From the NCBI GenBank assembly GCA_965224025.1, contig OZ245033.1, positions 1,632,001-1,696,000 of the forward strand: DNA of 64,000 bases, written 5' to 3'. Source of the DNA: Candidatus Multivorans sp. (GTDB taxonomy: Bacteria > Acidobacteriota > Thermoanaerobaculia > Multivoradales > Multivoraceae). Below the pieces are notes generated by a model that worked only from the letters and a program-made list of their open reading frames with translations, ran no database searches and was not told the DNA's origin. Positions 1 through 8,406 of this stretch are shown in pieces; position 1 is the first letter of the stretch; every line of letters starts with the position of its first letter. Both the position numbers and the translations under genes were made by a program.

Positions 1-784
1 CCTTCGCCGCGAGGATCTCGATCGCACCCTCCAGGCCCAGTAGTTCGAAGTCCTCGGCACGACCCTCGGCGCCTACTGCCACCGGCGTCATCGTGAAGCG
101 AATCAGGGTCACTTCCTCCGGTGACGTACCGCCGGCGACCGAGAATCCTGGAGCAACCAGAGGCGCCTCGGCATCTCGCTCGATCCGCACCGCCAGCACC
201 TGGCTGTTGGAGAACACCGGTACGGTCCAGGACGCCGTCGCTCCAGGCTCGACCGGCTGTGCTGCCAACCGCCCGACCAGGTGTAAGAGCACCGACGGCT
301 CCGAGAGCGGCGCCTCAAGTCCGGACGGCACCTCGTGATGGAGGGGATAGCGGTGCGTCCACTCCGAAGTAGGCAGGCCGGCTTCGCCAGCCTTCGGCGT
401 CGCCCTCTCCGCCTCCACGCTGCCGTGGCAGAACGCATAGCTCTTGTAGCGGTTCCTGCTGCCCCGCTCCTCCTGAATACGGATGTGGGCCTTGAGGCTT
501 CCCGGATCGAACCACAGCGAAGACTGCGAACGCCGCCCCAACATTGAGGACTCGATGCGGATCCGGGCCGCAGAAGTCGGCATCGAGGCGTTGCCTCCAC
601 AAACGTCGCTCGGCGGAAGTTCAGCCACGGAATCGAACTCGATCGCGGCGTCAGCGGAGAGAAAGAGCTTCTTCGCCCGAAACTCGAGTCGTTGCCACGG
701 CGGCTCATCGCCGGCCGCCGCAACCGGCAATGCCGCCGCCAGAACGGCTACGGACGCGGCAGCAGCCCTCAGCTCTCGCTCCAC
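1..784 (-). CDS. Secreted hypothetical protein (partial, runs off window start)
   Basis: Manual translation from GTG 784: VERELRAAAASVAVLAAALPVAAAGDEPPWQRLEFRAKKLF..., open to position 1; signal-peptide-like N-terminus; overlaps the amidase stop. Confidence 0.6.
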   Translation of the reverse strand, partial: MERELRAAAASVAVLAAALPVAAAGDEPPWQRLEFRAKKLFLSADAAIEFDSVAELPPSDVCGGNASMPTSAARIRIESSMLGRRSQSSLWFDPGSLKAHIRIQEERGSRNRYKSYAFCHGSVEAERATPKAGEAGLPTSEWTHRYPLHHEVPSGLEAPLSEPSVLLHLVGRLAAQPVEPGATASWTVPVFSNSQVLAVRIERDAEAPLVAPGFSVAGGTSPEEVTLIRFTMTPVAVGAEGRAEDFELLGLEGAIEILAAK

Positions 785-2223
785 GCCGAATGTGGCGGTT
801 TGCGACCGATCCAGGGCCGAGCCTGTTCGAGCTGGCCGGCCAACCGCAACAGCAACCCCTCGCTTCCCATGGAGGCAGCAAGCTGAACGCCGATCGGCAG
901 ACCGCCACAGGAGTCGGTCCAGCCAAGCGGCACGGACGCGGCCGGATTCCCTGCCACGTTCATCAGTTGCGTGAAGCCGATCGTCTGCAGCAGCGCTGGA
1001 AGATAGTCGCCGCCCCGATTCGACAGCGAGAGGACGCCGAGCTTCGCCGGCGGCGCCGCCATCGTCGGCGACACGAGGACGTCGTAGCCGCCCGAGAAGA
1101 AGGCGGCGACCTGGCGGCCGACCGCGTGCACCGTGCGCGTCGCGCGGACATACGCCGCGGAATCATGATCCTCCGCCACGGCGGCCATGGCCCAGGTCAG
1201 CGGCTCGAGTTCCTCTTCGCGCGGCTTCCGGCCGAGCGCCTGGGAACGTTCCGTCACCGTGGCCCGGACGTTGGCGCCCACGATCAGCCGCGTTGCGCTG
1301 CCCAGTGCAGCGGCGTCGATTTCCGGCGCCGTCTCCTCGACCTCGTGTCCCAGCTCCAGGCAGAGGCGAGCCGTCTCCTCGGCGGCGGCAACACAAGACG
1401 GATGAACCGGGGCGCCGTTGAACGCCTGTGCGGTCAGGGCGATCCGCAATCGTCCCGGTTCCCGGCCGACTTCCTCCAGGAACGGACGCTCCGGCGCCGG
1501 CGCCGCGTAAGGGTCGCCCGCCACCGGTCCGGCCACCGCATCGAGCAGCGCGGCGCTGTCCCGCACCGTGCGGCTCACACAGTGCTGGACCGAGAGACCA
1601 GCCCAACCCTCGCCGGCATCCGGGGCCAGGGACACGCGGGCGCGGCTCGGCTTGAGGCCGAACAGCCCGCAGCACGACGCCGGGATCCGGATCGAGCCGC
1701 CACCGTCGCTGGCGTGGGCGGCCGGCAGGATGCCAGCCGCCACAGCGGCGGCGGCGCCGCCCGACGAGCCGCCCGCGATGTGCTCCAGGTTCCAGGGATT
1801 GCGGGTCTGACCGAAGATCGCCGACTCGGTGCTGGTCGTGAGTCCGAACTCCGGCGAGGCGCTGCGGCCCGCGATCACGAGGCCGGCCCGGCGGTAGCGG
1901 CGGACCATCTCGGAGTCGTGGTCGGGCACGTTGCCGGCGAACAGACGGCTGCCGTTCGTCATAGGCAGACCGTCGGCGGCGGCGTAGAGATCCTTCAAGA
2001 GGTACGGGACGCCGGCGAAGGGTCCACCTGCGGCCACCGCTTCCGGCGCGGCCGCCGCGGCGCTCTCGAAGTCCGAGTACACGATGGCATTCAAGCTGCC
2101 GTTCAACTCGGAGGCGATGGCGGCGGCGCACTCGACCGCCTCGGCCGGCGCCAGCTCTCCTGAACGCAACAGGTGCGCCAGTTCCAGCCCGTCACTCTCC
2201 AGGTACGTCGATCTAAGACTCAA
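769..2223 (-). CDS. Amidase (amidase signature family)
   Basis: GGSSGG, ASDGGGSIRIPAS, GLFGLKPSR, GLPIGVQL motifs; start placed at TTG 2223 after GGAGGGAG (ORF track extends to 2406). Confidence 0.9.
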   Translation of the reverse strand: MSLRSTYLESDGLELAHLLRSGELAPAEAVECAAAIASELNGSLNAIVYSDFESAAAAAPEAVAAGGPFAGVPYLLKDLYAAADGLPMTNGSRLFAGNVPDHDSEMVRRYRRAGLVIAGRSASPEFGLTTSTESAIFGQTRNPWNLEHIAGGSSGGAAAAVAAGILPAAHASDGGGSIRIPASCCGLFGLKPSRARVSLAPDAGEGWAGLSVQHCVSRTVRDSAALLDAVAGPVAGDPYAAPAPERPFLEEVGREPGRLRIALTAQAFNGAPVHPSCVAAAEETARLCLELGHEVEETAPEIDAAALGSATRLIVGANVRATVTERSQALGRKPREEELEPLTWAMAAVAEDHDSAAYVRATRTVHAVGRQVAAFFSGGYDVLVSPTMAAPPAKLGVLSLSNRGGDYLPALLQTIGFTQLMNVAGNPAASVPLGWTDSCGGLPIGVQLAASMGSEGLLLRLAGQLEQARPWIGRKPPHSAWSES

Positions 2224-2279
2224 AGGGGCTCCCTCCAGGTCCGGACAGATCCTTGCCCGGCAGACCGGAAGCGTACCGC

Positions 2280-2352
2280 GTTCCATCCGAGCGCCCGATG
2301 ACGGGCGCTCGGACTGGTTCACGGGTGGCGCAAGCTTGCGCCACCCGGGTTC
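2280..2352. repeat. Double-hairpin interspersed repeat, copy A
   Basis: Minus strand GAACCCGGGTGGCGC-AAGCTT-GCGCCACCCG-TGAACCAG-TCCGAGCGCCCG-TCAT-CGGGCGCTCGGA-TGGAAC; related copies at 10247, 61162, 63705. Confidence 0.85.
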
Positions 2353-2425
2353 GCCCTGAAGGATCGTCGCCCGTTCAGGCAACGGCCAGCGCCGCGACAT
2401 ATGCACGATCGTCTATAGTCAGGCT

Positions 2426-3259
2426 ATGATCGACCTCCGCTCGCTAGTCACACTGGTTTCCATCGTCGCGCTGTCCTCGGCGATCGCTGCTGCCGCGGCA
2501 GCCCAGACCGCGCCACCGGGCAGTCTCGTCCACTGGCAGGGCGACGAGATCACCCGCTGCCTGGTAGGCGACCGGGCGTTCGCACCCACCCATATCGACG
2601 GCCAATCAGGATGCCTGGTTCCGGTCGGCCTCACCCGAACAGACGACGTCGTGGCAGAGCGCGACCGGGACGGCCGTCGGGAGCGGCTACGCATCGGCCT
2701 CGCCGAGTACCCCTACTCGGTTCAGCGACTGACAATCAAGGACCGAAGCCGCGTCGATCTTTCGCCCGAAAACCTGGCGCGCGTGGCGCGCGAAAACGCC
2801 CTGATCGGCAGGCTCTGGGCACGGCAGGGCGAACCGCGGTCTTCCCTGCCTCTGGGAGCGCCGCTCGAAGAGATGCTGGATGGCGGCCGCTTCGGCGCCA
2901 AACGCATCATCAACGGCGAACCTCGCTCGCCGCACACCGGCGCCGACTACGCGGTGCCCCAGGGCACACCCGTGCTGGCGGTCGACGATGCCGTGGTCGC
3001 GCTGACCGGCGAGTTCTTCTTCTCCGGCAACGCCGTCTTTCTCGACCACGGCAACGGTCTGATCAGCATGTACTTCCACCTCCACGAGGTGTTCGTCGAG
3101 CAGGGCGAAGAGGTTTCGCGCGGCCGCCTGATCGGCACCGTCGGCTCAACCGGCCGTTCGACCGGACCGCACCTGCACTTCGGCATCCGTTGGCAGGGCG
3201 CGCGAGTCGACCCGGCGCTGCTGCTCGGCGCGCCAGCAGCGATTCAGACGGCGCGCTAG
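2426..3259 (+). CDS. M23 family metallopeptidase
   Basis: Signal peptide; HTGAD (HxxxD) and STGPHLHF (HxH) motifs. Confidence 0.92.
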   Translation: MIDLRSLVTLVSIVALSSAIAAAAAAQTAPPGSLVHWQGDEITRCLVGDRAFAPTHIDGQSGCLVPVGLTRTDDVVAERDRDGRRERLRIGLAEYPYSVQRLTIKDRSRVDLSPENLARVARENALIGRLWARQGEPRSSLPLGAPLEEMLDGGRFGAKRIINGEPRSPHTGADYAVPQGTPVLAVDDAVVALTGEFFFSGNAVFLDHGNGLISMYFHLHEVFVEQGEEVSRGRLIGTVGSTGRSTGPHLHFGIRWQGARVDPALLLGAPAAIQTAR

Positions 3260-3353
3260 GCGCCCAAGGCACAAAGGGCGCGAAGCCGCGGCGGCCCAGG
3301 AAACGGATTTCTGCTGGGCGCGCCTTGACGGGAATCCCGCTTCGACACTTGCC

Positions 3354-3665
3354 GTGCCCACCCGGAGCCGCGCCTTCAGACCCGACGGAACGGTCGGCCG
3401 GATCGCCCTCGCCGACGACTGGTCCTTCGTCATCTCCGGCGTCTCCGATGCCGCCTGGAACTTCAGCGTGAGCGGCTACCCGGTTCTCCACCGCTGGCTC
3501 AGGGCCCGCAACGGCCAGCGAGTCGACGCCGCTCTGCAGCGGGAGATCCTGGATGTCGTGGCCAGGATCGAGGAGCTCCCGCACCTGTTTCGCGAGGCGG
3601 ACCCCCTGCTGAAGCAGGCGATTCGGACGTCCCTCAGCCGGAAGCAACTGACCGGAGGAGGCTGA
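3354..3665 (+). pseudogene. C-terminal remnant of a type ISP (LlaBIII-like) restriction-modification enzyme
   Basis: AWNFSVSGYPVLHRWLRAR matches the W-x-F-x-I-G-G-Y-x-V-L-x-K-W-L-x-x-R end of the type ISP specificity domain; only ~100 aa present. Confidence 0.6.
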
Positions 3666-3895
3666 TGGCGCCGATGCATGCCCGACAACGCTCCCTGTTC
3701 CCGCCGAGTTCCGACGGGATGAAGATCCCGACGCCGAAGCCCGAGGACATCCGCCGCCGGTTCCGCAGTTGGCGCATCATGTTCCCCCAGATGACGAACT
3801 GGCTTCCCGACGATGAAGCCGAGGACCTGAAGGACGCCTTCGTGCGCGAAATCGACCGGTGGGGTGACGAGGCCCGCGACATCGACGAGGACTGA
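3665..3895 (+). CDS. Small hypothetical protein coupled to the RM remnant
   Basis: TGATG overlap and GGAGG SD; FPQMTNWLPDDEA motif; may carry an internal deletion. Confidence 0.55.
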   Translation: MAPMHARQRSLFPPSSDGMKIPTPKPEDIRRRFRSWRIMFPQMTNWLPDDEAEDLKDAFVREIDRWGDEARDIDED

Positions 3896-3928
3896 GGCGC
3901 CGAACCAGGGAACGGCCGCGATCGAGAC

Positions 3929-4693
3929 TCAACCGTACAACCGAGCCGTGTTCTCCCTGACCGCCGCCGCAACCTCTCCCTCGGCAACACTCTTCAGTTC
4001 CGCGATGGCGCGCAGGGAGACCACCGCGTTCGCCGGTTCGTTCCGCTGATCGCGCGTCGGGCCGAGCACCGGACTGTCCGTCTCGAGCAGCAGGCTGGAG
4101 AGCGGTAGCCGCCTCACGAGCTTCTGCTTCTGCGGCGAGCGGACGATGGATGGCGGCACGGAGAAGAAGAAGCCCGCCTCGACCGCCGGCTCGGCGCGGC
4201 TGGCGCGGCCGTCGAAGGCGTGGAGCTGCACCCGCTTCGCACCCCGCTCGCGCAGCAGGTCGATCGCGTAGTGCCCCGCCGAGCGGGAGTGAACGTTGAG
4301 CGGCAGGTCGAGCTCGATCGAGAGATCGATGAAGAGGGCGAAGATCTCCCTCTGCACGGCCAGATCCGGTTCTTCACGCACCTTCCAGCGGTCGAGACCA
4401 ACTTCACCGATGGCGGCCAGCCGCGACCGCTCCCCCCGGATCAGGTCGGCGACCCTCTCCGCCTCGGCCATATCGACGTGAGTCGGATAGAGACCCGCCG
4501 TGGGGCGGACGACACCGGGGAAGCGGTCGGCCAGCTCCAGGTTCCGCTCCGCGTCGTGCCGCGTCTCGCCGACCGCGACCACCGCCTCGACGCCCGCGTC
4601 GCGGGCCCGCGCCAGCACCTCGCCGAGGTCGGCGGCGAAGCTCGGGTCGCACAGGTGGGCGTGGCAGTCGGTGAGCCCGGAGTGTCCGTTCAC
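3929..4693 (-). CDS. tatD: TatD family deoxyribonuclease
   Basis: DCHAHL, AIGEVGLD, LNVHSR, LLLETDSP, RNEP motifs. Confidence 0.93.
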   Translation of the reverse strand: MNGHSGLTDCHAHLCDPSFAADLGEVLARARDAGVEAVVAVGETRHDAERNLELADRFPGVVRPTAGLYPTHVDMAEAERVADLIRGERSRLAAIGEVGLDRWKVREEPDLAVQREIFALFIDLSIELDLPLNVHSRSAGHYAIDLLRERGAKRVQLHAFDGRASRAEPAVEAGFFFSVPPSIVRSPQKQKLVRRLPLSSLLLETDSPVLGPTRDQRNEPANAVVSLRAIAELKSVAEGEVAAAVRENTARLYG

Positions 4694-4701
4694 AACGCCT
4701 A

Positions 4702-5637
4702 TCAGGGGCGCCCCCTACCGGCCTCAGCGCCGCCGGCGCCCAAACGCTCCTCCAACTCCTCCGCCGTCTTCGGCCAGTCGGACTTCAGCAGCCGCGAAAG
4801 TGCCCGATCGGCGAGCAGCCGGCCGCCGGTCTGGCAGCGCGCGCAGTAGTTGCATTCGGAGACCCTCTCGGCGTAGACGATGCGCTGAACCGGCGCGCCG
4901 CAACGGGGGCACGGCTCCCGGTAGCGGCCGTGGACCGCCATGTTTTCGTGAAAGGCGGTCACCTTCGCCGGAAAGCGGCCACGCGCCTGCGCGCGCAGGC
5001 GTTCCGTCCATTCGGTCAGCACGGCCACCGCGGACCGGTACAACTCGTCGATCTGCTCTTCGCTCAGCCGCGTGGTCCAGCGCATCGGCGACAGCCGAGC
5101 GCGATGGAGGATCTCGTCCGAGTAGGCGTTGCCGATGCCGCTGAACAGCCTGGGGTCGATCAACGCCCGCTTCAGGGTGTGGTTCTCGGCCACCAGCCGC
5201 GCCCGAAAAGCCTCCGCGCCGCACTCCAGCACTTCGAGTCCACCCCGGTCCAGGCTCGCCAGACTTTCCTCGCCCGCAACCACGCGCATCGCCGCGCGCC
5301 GCTTGGTGCCGGCCTCGGTCAGGAGCAGCGTGCCGTGTTCGAAGTCGAACGCCGCCAGACCCACCCGCCCCGGCAGCTTGGCCGCGGGTGCGCCCCAGCG
5401 GAAACGGCCCGCGATCATCAGGTGGATGGCGAGGAACAGCTCGCCTTCCAGGCAGAGGACGACCCGTTTTCCGACTCGTCGCACACCGACGACGGCGCGC
5501 CCCTCCGCGTCCGACAGCGGCGGTTTCACGGAGCGAAGGAGGAAGGGGCTGCGCACGCGGATGCGCGTCAGTTCACGGCCCGCGACCCGCTGTTCGATCG
5601 CCTCGCAGTAGACGACGACGTCAGGCAGTTCCGGCAT
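4702..5637 (-). CDS. Fpg/Nei family DNA glycosylase
   Basis: N-terminal MPELPDV, H2TH SGIGNAYSDEIL, C-terminal CPRC...CARCQ zinc finger. Confidence 0.93.
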   Translation of the reverse strand: MPELPDVVVYCEAIEQRVAGRELTRIRVRSPFLLRSVKPPLSDAEGRAVVGVRRVGKRVVLCLEGELFLAIHLMIAGRFRWGAPAAKLPGRVGLAAFDFEHGTLLLTEAGTKRRAAMRVVAGEESLASLDRGGLEVLECGAEAFRARLVAENHTLKRALIDPRLFSGIGNAYSDEILHRARLSPMRWTTRLSEEQIDELYRSAVAVLTEWTERLRAQARGRFPAKVTAFHENMAVHGRYREPCPRCGAPVQRIVYAERVSECNYCARCQTGGRLLADRALSRLLKSDWPKTAEELEERLGAGGAEAGRGRP

Positions 5638-5670
5638 CCGACTCCTGGCGGATCTTGCGGATGGGCGGCT

Positions 5671-6564
5671 TCATGGTCCGCCGCCGGCCATCGTTCGCCG
5701 CAGCGCGCGCGACTCGGCAAGCAACTCGCGAGCGGCCGCGAGAACGGAACCATCGTCCCCCCCGGCCGAGGCCGCGGCTTCCGTCGACGCGGCCGGAAGC
5801 GCCGGCACGGCCGACCGGTCGTCGGGATCGCCCAAGCCCGCGTCCCGACTCCGCCGCAGCGACGCCAGGAGCAGATCCCGAACCTCCTCGGCATTGTCCA
5901 GACCTTGTAGCAGCCCGCGGCTGAGAGCTTCGTCGTCGTCGTCCGACCCGGCTCCGCTGGCGGTGCGGATCTCCAGGTCGGCGATACCGAACAGCCGCTG
6001 CAGAGGACCACGTTTCACCGCCATGTTCTGGATGTTCAGGACCGTCATCGTCTGCTCGCGGAGGCTGTAGATGCCGTAGCGGATACGCAGCGCCCGGTCG
6101 CTGACCATGTACCAGCGCATCTCGTAACCCAGGCGGAGCACCGAGAACGACGTCACCAACTGAACGAGAAAGAGGACGATCAGGAACGGTGCAATCGCCG
6201 CGGTGAACCTGAGCCAGACACCGGCGCCGGCCGCATGGTCTTCGAGAAACTCGACGAACCCCAACCCGATCGCCGAGCCGACGAGGCCGAGCAGGGCGAA
6301 CATCTGCCCAAGGCCCCACTTGAGCACGCTGTACCCGAAGTACCGCGACGAAGCCCTGAACACGCGTAGCGATTCCGGCGATCCCGGGGGCGGCTCCGGA
6401 TGCTCGTCGACCTGAAACAGCCGAAGCAACAGGCGCTTCAGCCCCTTGGGTCGAAGTTCCGGGGGCTGACGCGGGAGAGTGTGTTGCGCCTGCGGCAACT
6501 TCGGCTCGGGGATCCGAGCGCCGCCTGCTCCGCCGTCCAGCCCGCCAGCCATGCGTTCCTTCAA
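5671..6564 (-). CDS. Membrane protein with bacterial PH domain (bPH_2/YdbS-like)
   Basis: Two TM helices, then RYGIYSLREQTMTVLNIQN...QRLFGIADLEIRTA. Confidence 0.8.
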   Translation of the reverse strand: MKERMAGGLDGGAGGARIPEPKLPQAQHTLPRQPPELRPKGLKRLLLRLFQVDEHPEPPPGSPESLRVFRASSRYFGYSVLKWGLGQMFALLGLVGSAIGLGFVEFLEDHAAGAGVWLRFTAAIAPFLIVLFLVQLVTSFSVLRLGYEMRWYMVSDRALRIRYGIYSLREQTMTVLNIQNMAVKRGPLQRLFGIADLEIRTASGAGSDDDDEALSRGLLQGLDNAEEVRDLLLASLRRSRDAGLGDPDDRSAVPALPAASTEAAASAGGDDGSVLAAARELLAESRALRRTMAGGGP

Positions 6565-7148
6565 TCCGAACCCAGCCGTTCCAAGTTCTCGCGGATCGCG
6601 GTGACCTCGACAGCGATCTCCCGCAGGGTCGCGGCGAGCGCTACCGCGTCACCCGCGGTACTTGGCGACGGCGCGGCGGCAATGGCGGCGGTGGCCGGCG
6701 CTGCAGCCCGCGCGCCGCGCATCCGGCTGTACATGAAGTTGCGCACCGCCGACAGCTCCAGCAGGCCCTCGACCTTCATCTCCGCCTTCGCCGAACCACT
6801 CGCGGTCTGGACCAGCAGGCGCGACAGGCCCAACCAGCGCTCGACCGCGTTGCTCCGCAGGTGGATGTCCTGGATCCGGCTGTAGGTGAGGCTGATCTCG
6901 CGCTTGAACAGGGCACCCCAACTCATCGTCACGCCTTCGTCGTCGAAGCGGTACTTCAGCGTGCGGAAGCGAAGAAAGAGGAAGGTGAAGACGAAGGGGA
7001 AGGCAGGACCGGTGATCAGTGAGAACAGAACGTAGTACCGGAACAGCTTGGAGTGGGGGCGGCGGATCGCACGCACACGCGCATCGGCATCGCTGTCGGG
7101 CCGCGGCGACGCCGCGACCGGCGATCCGCTCGCGGGGCCACCCGTCAT
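6561..7148 (-). CDS. Membrane protein with bacterial PH domain (bPH_2/YdbS-like)
   Basis: TM helix, then WGALFKREISLTYSRIQDI...ERWLGLSRLLVQTASG; ATGA overlap with rocD stop. Confidence 0.8.
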   Translation of the reverse strand: MTGGPASGSPVAASPRPDSDADARVRAIRRPHSKLFRYYVLFSLITGPAFPFVFTFLFLRFRTLKYRFDDEGVTMSWGALFKREISLTYSRIQDIHLRSNAVERWLGLSRLLVQTASGSAKAEMKVEGLLELSAVRNFMYSRMRGARAAAPATAAIAAAPSPSTAGDAVALAATLREIAVEVTAIRENLERLGSD

Positions 7149-8335
7149 GCCAGCAGCACCTCCTCGATCCGGTCCAACGCCCAATCCAGCTCGTCCTGCG
7201 CGATCACGAGGGGCGGCGCGAAGCGGACGACGTGGTCATGAGTTTCCTTGCACAGCAGTCCCAGTTCCGCCAAGCGCTCACAATAACGCCGCGCGCCGCC
7301 GGCCGATTCGTGAAGCTCGATCCCGATCCAGAGTCCGCGGCCCCTGACCTCGCGAACGCAGGACGCCTCGACGCCGCGCAGCCGGCGCAGAGCGCGCTCG
7401 CCGAGGCGGGCCGAGTTCTGGGCGAGCCGTTCCTCCCGCAGCACCGCGAGAGCCGCGCGCGCCACCGCCGCCCCCACAGGATTGCCGCCGTAGGTCGAAC
7501 CGTGGTCGCCGGGCCTGAACACGTCCATGATCTCGGCATCCGCGACCACGACCGAGACCGGGTACAGGCCGCCCGACAGGGCCTTCCCCAGGATCATCAC
7601 GTCCGGGCGGACGCCGTCATGCTCGCACGCGAACATCGTGCCCGTTCGGCCCAGGCCCGACTGAATCTCGTCGGCGATCAGGAGCGCGTTCCTTTCGCTG
7701 CAGACCTCTCGAAGCTCCGCCAGGAAACCGTCCGGAGGGACGATGATCCCCCCCTCGCCCTGGATCGGCTCGACGAGCACCGCCGCCGTGTTGGCGCCGA
7801 CCGCCGCCCTTGCCGCGGACGCATCGCCAAATGGCAGCAACTCGAAACCCGGCGTGAAGGGACCGAACCCGTCGCGGTACTGCGCTTCGCTCGAGAAGCC
7901 GACGATCGTCGTCGTGCGGCCGTGGAAGTTGTTGCCGAAGGCCAGAATCTCCGCCTTTCCCGGCTCGACGCCCTTCTTCGTGTAGGCCCACTTCCGCGCC
8001 AGCTTGATCGCGGTCTCCACCGCCTCGGCGCCCGTGTTCATCGGCAGGGCCCGCTCGTAGCCGGTCAACTCGCAGATATCGCGAAAGAACGCCCCGAGTT
8101 CGACGTTGCGAAAGGCCCGCGACGTGACCGCCACCTGCCGGCTCTGCCGGACCAGAGCCTCCACGATCCGCGGATGGCAGTGGCCCTGGTTGACCGCCGA
8201 GTAGGCCGCGAGGCAGTCGAGGTAGCGACGACCTTCGGTGTCCCAGACCCAGACGCCCTCGGCCCTCTCGATGACGATGTCGAGCGGCGCGTAGTTCCTC
8301 GCGCCGTATCGATCCTCCAGTTCCGTCGGCTTCAT
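7145..8335 (-). CDS. rocD: Ornithine--oxo-acid transaminase
   Basis: YSAVNQGHCHP, MNTGAEAVETAIK, DEIQSGLGRTG, GKALSGG, HGSTYGGNP. Confidence 0.95.
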   Translation of the reverse strand: MKPTELEDRYGARNYAPLDIVIERAEGVWVWDTEGRRYLDCLAAYSAVNQGHCHPRIVEALVRQSRQVAVTSRAFRNVELGAFFRDICELTGYERALPMNTGAEAVETAIKLARKWAYTKKGVEPGKAEILAFGNNFHGRTTTIVGFSSEAQYRDGFGPFTPGFELLPFGDASAARAAVGANTAAVLVEPIQGEGGIIVPPDGFLAELREVCSERNALLIADEIQSGLGRTGTMFACEHDGVRPDVMILGKALSGGLYPVSVVVADAEIMDVFRPGDHGSTYGGNPVGAAVARAALAVLREERLAQNSARLGERALRRLRGVEASCVREVRGRGLWIGIELHESAGGARRYCERLAELGLLCKETHDHVVRFAPPLVIAQDELDWALDRIEEVLLA

Positions 8336-8406
8336 GGCAACTCCGCGCGCAGTCGCCCGGCTGCTCGGGCTGAGGCGACCCTTCTTTCTCAGGTCGGATC
8401 GACGTT

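Noticed and set aside
544-2163. Long antisense or alternate-frame ORFs (e.g. 544-2163, 8752-10428, 39438-41147, 50031-51599, 56135-58051)
   Set aside because: Typical high-GC shadows of well-supported genes; Arg/Pro-rich and without motifs
2280-2352. Double-hairpin element as integron attC, SRP RNA or c-di-GMP riboswitch
   Set aside because: Lacks RYYYAAC...GTTRRRY ends, the SRP GGAA/AGCAG loop and riboswitch consensus; occurs both 5' and 3' of genes in either orientation
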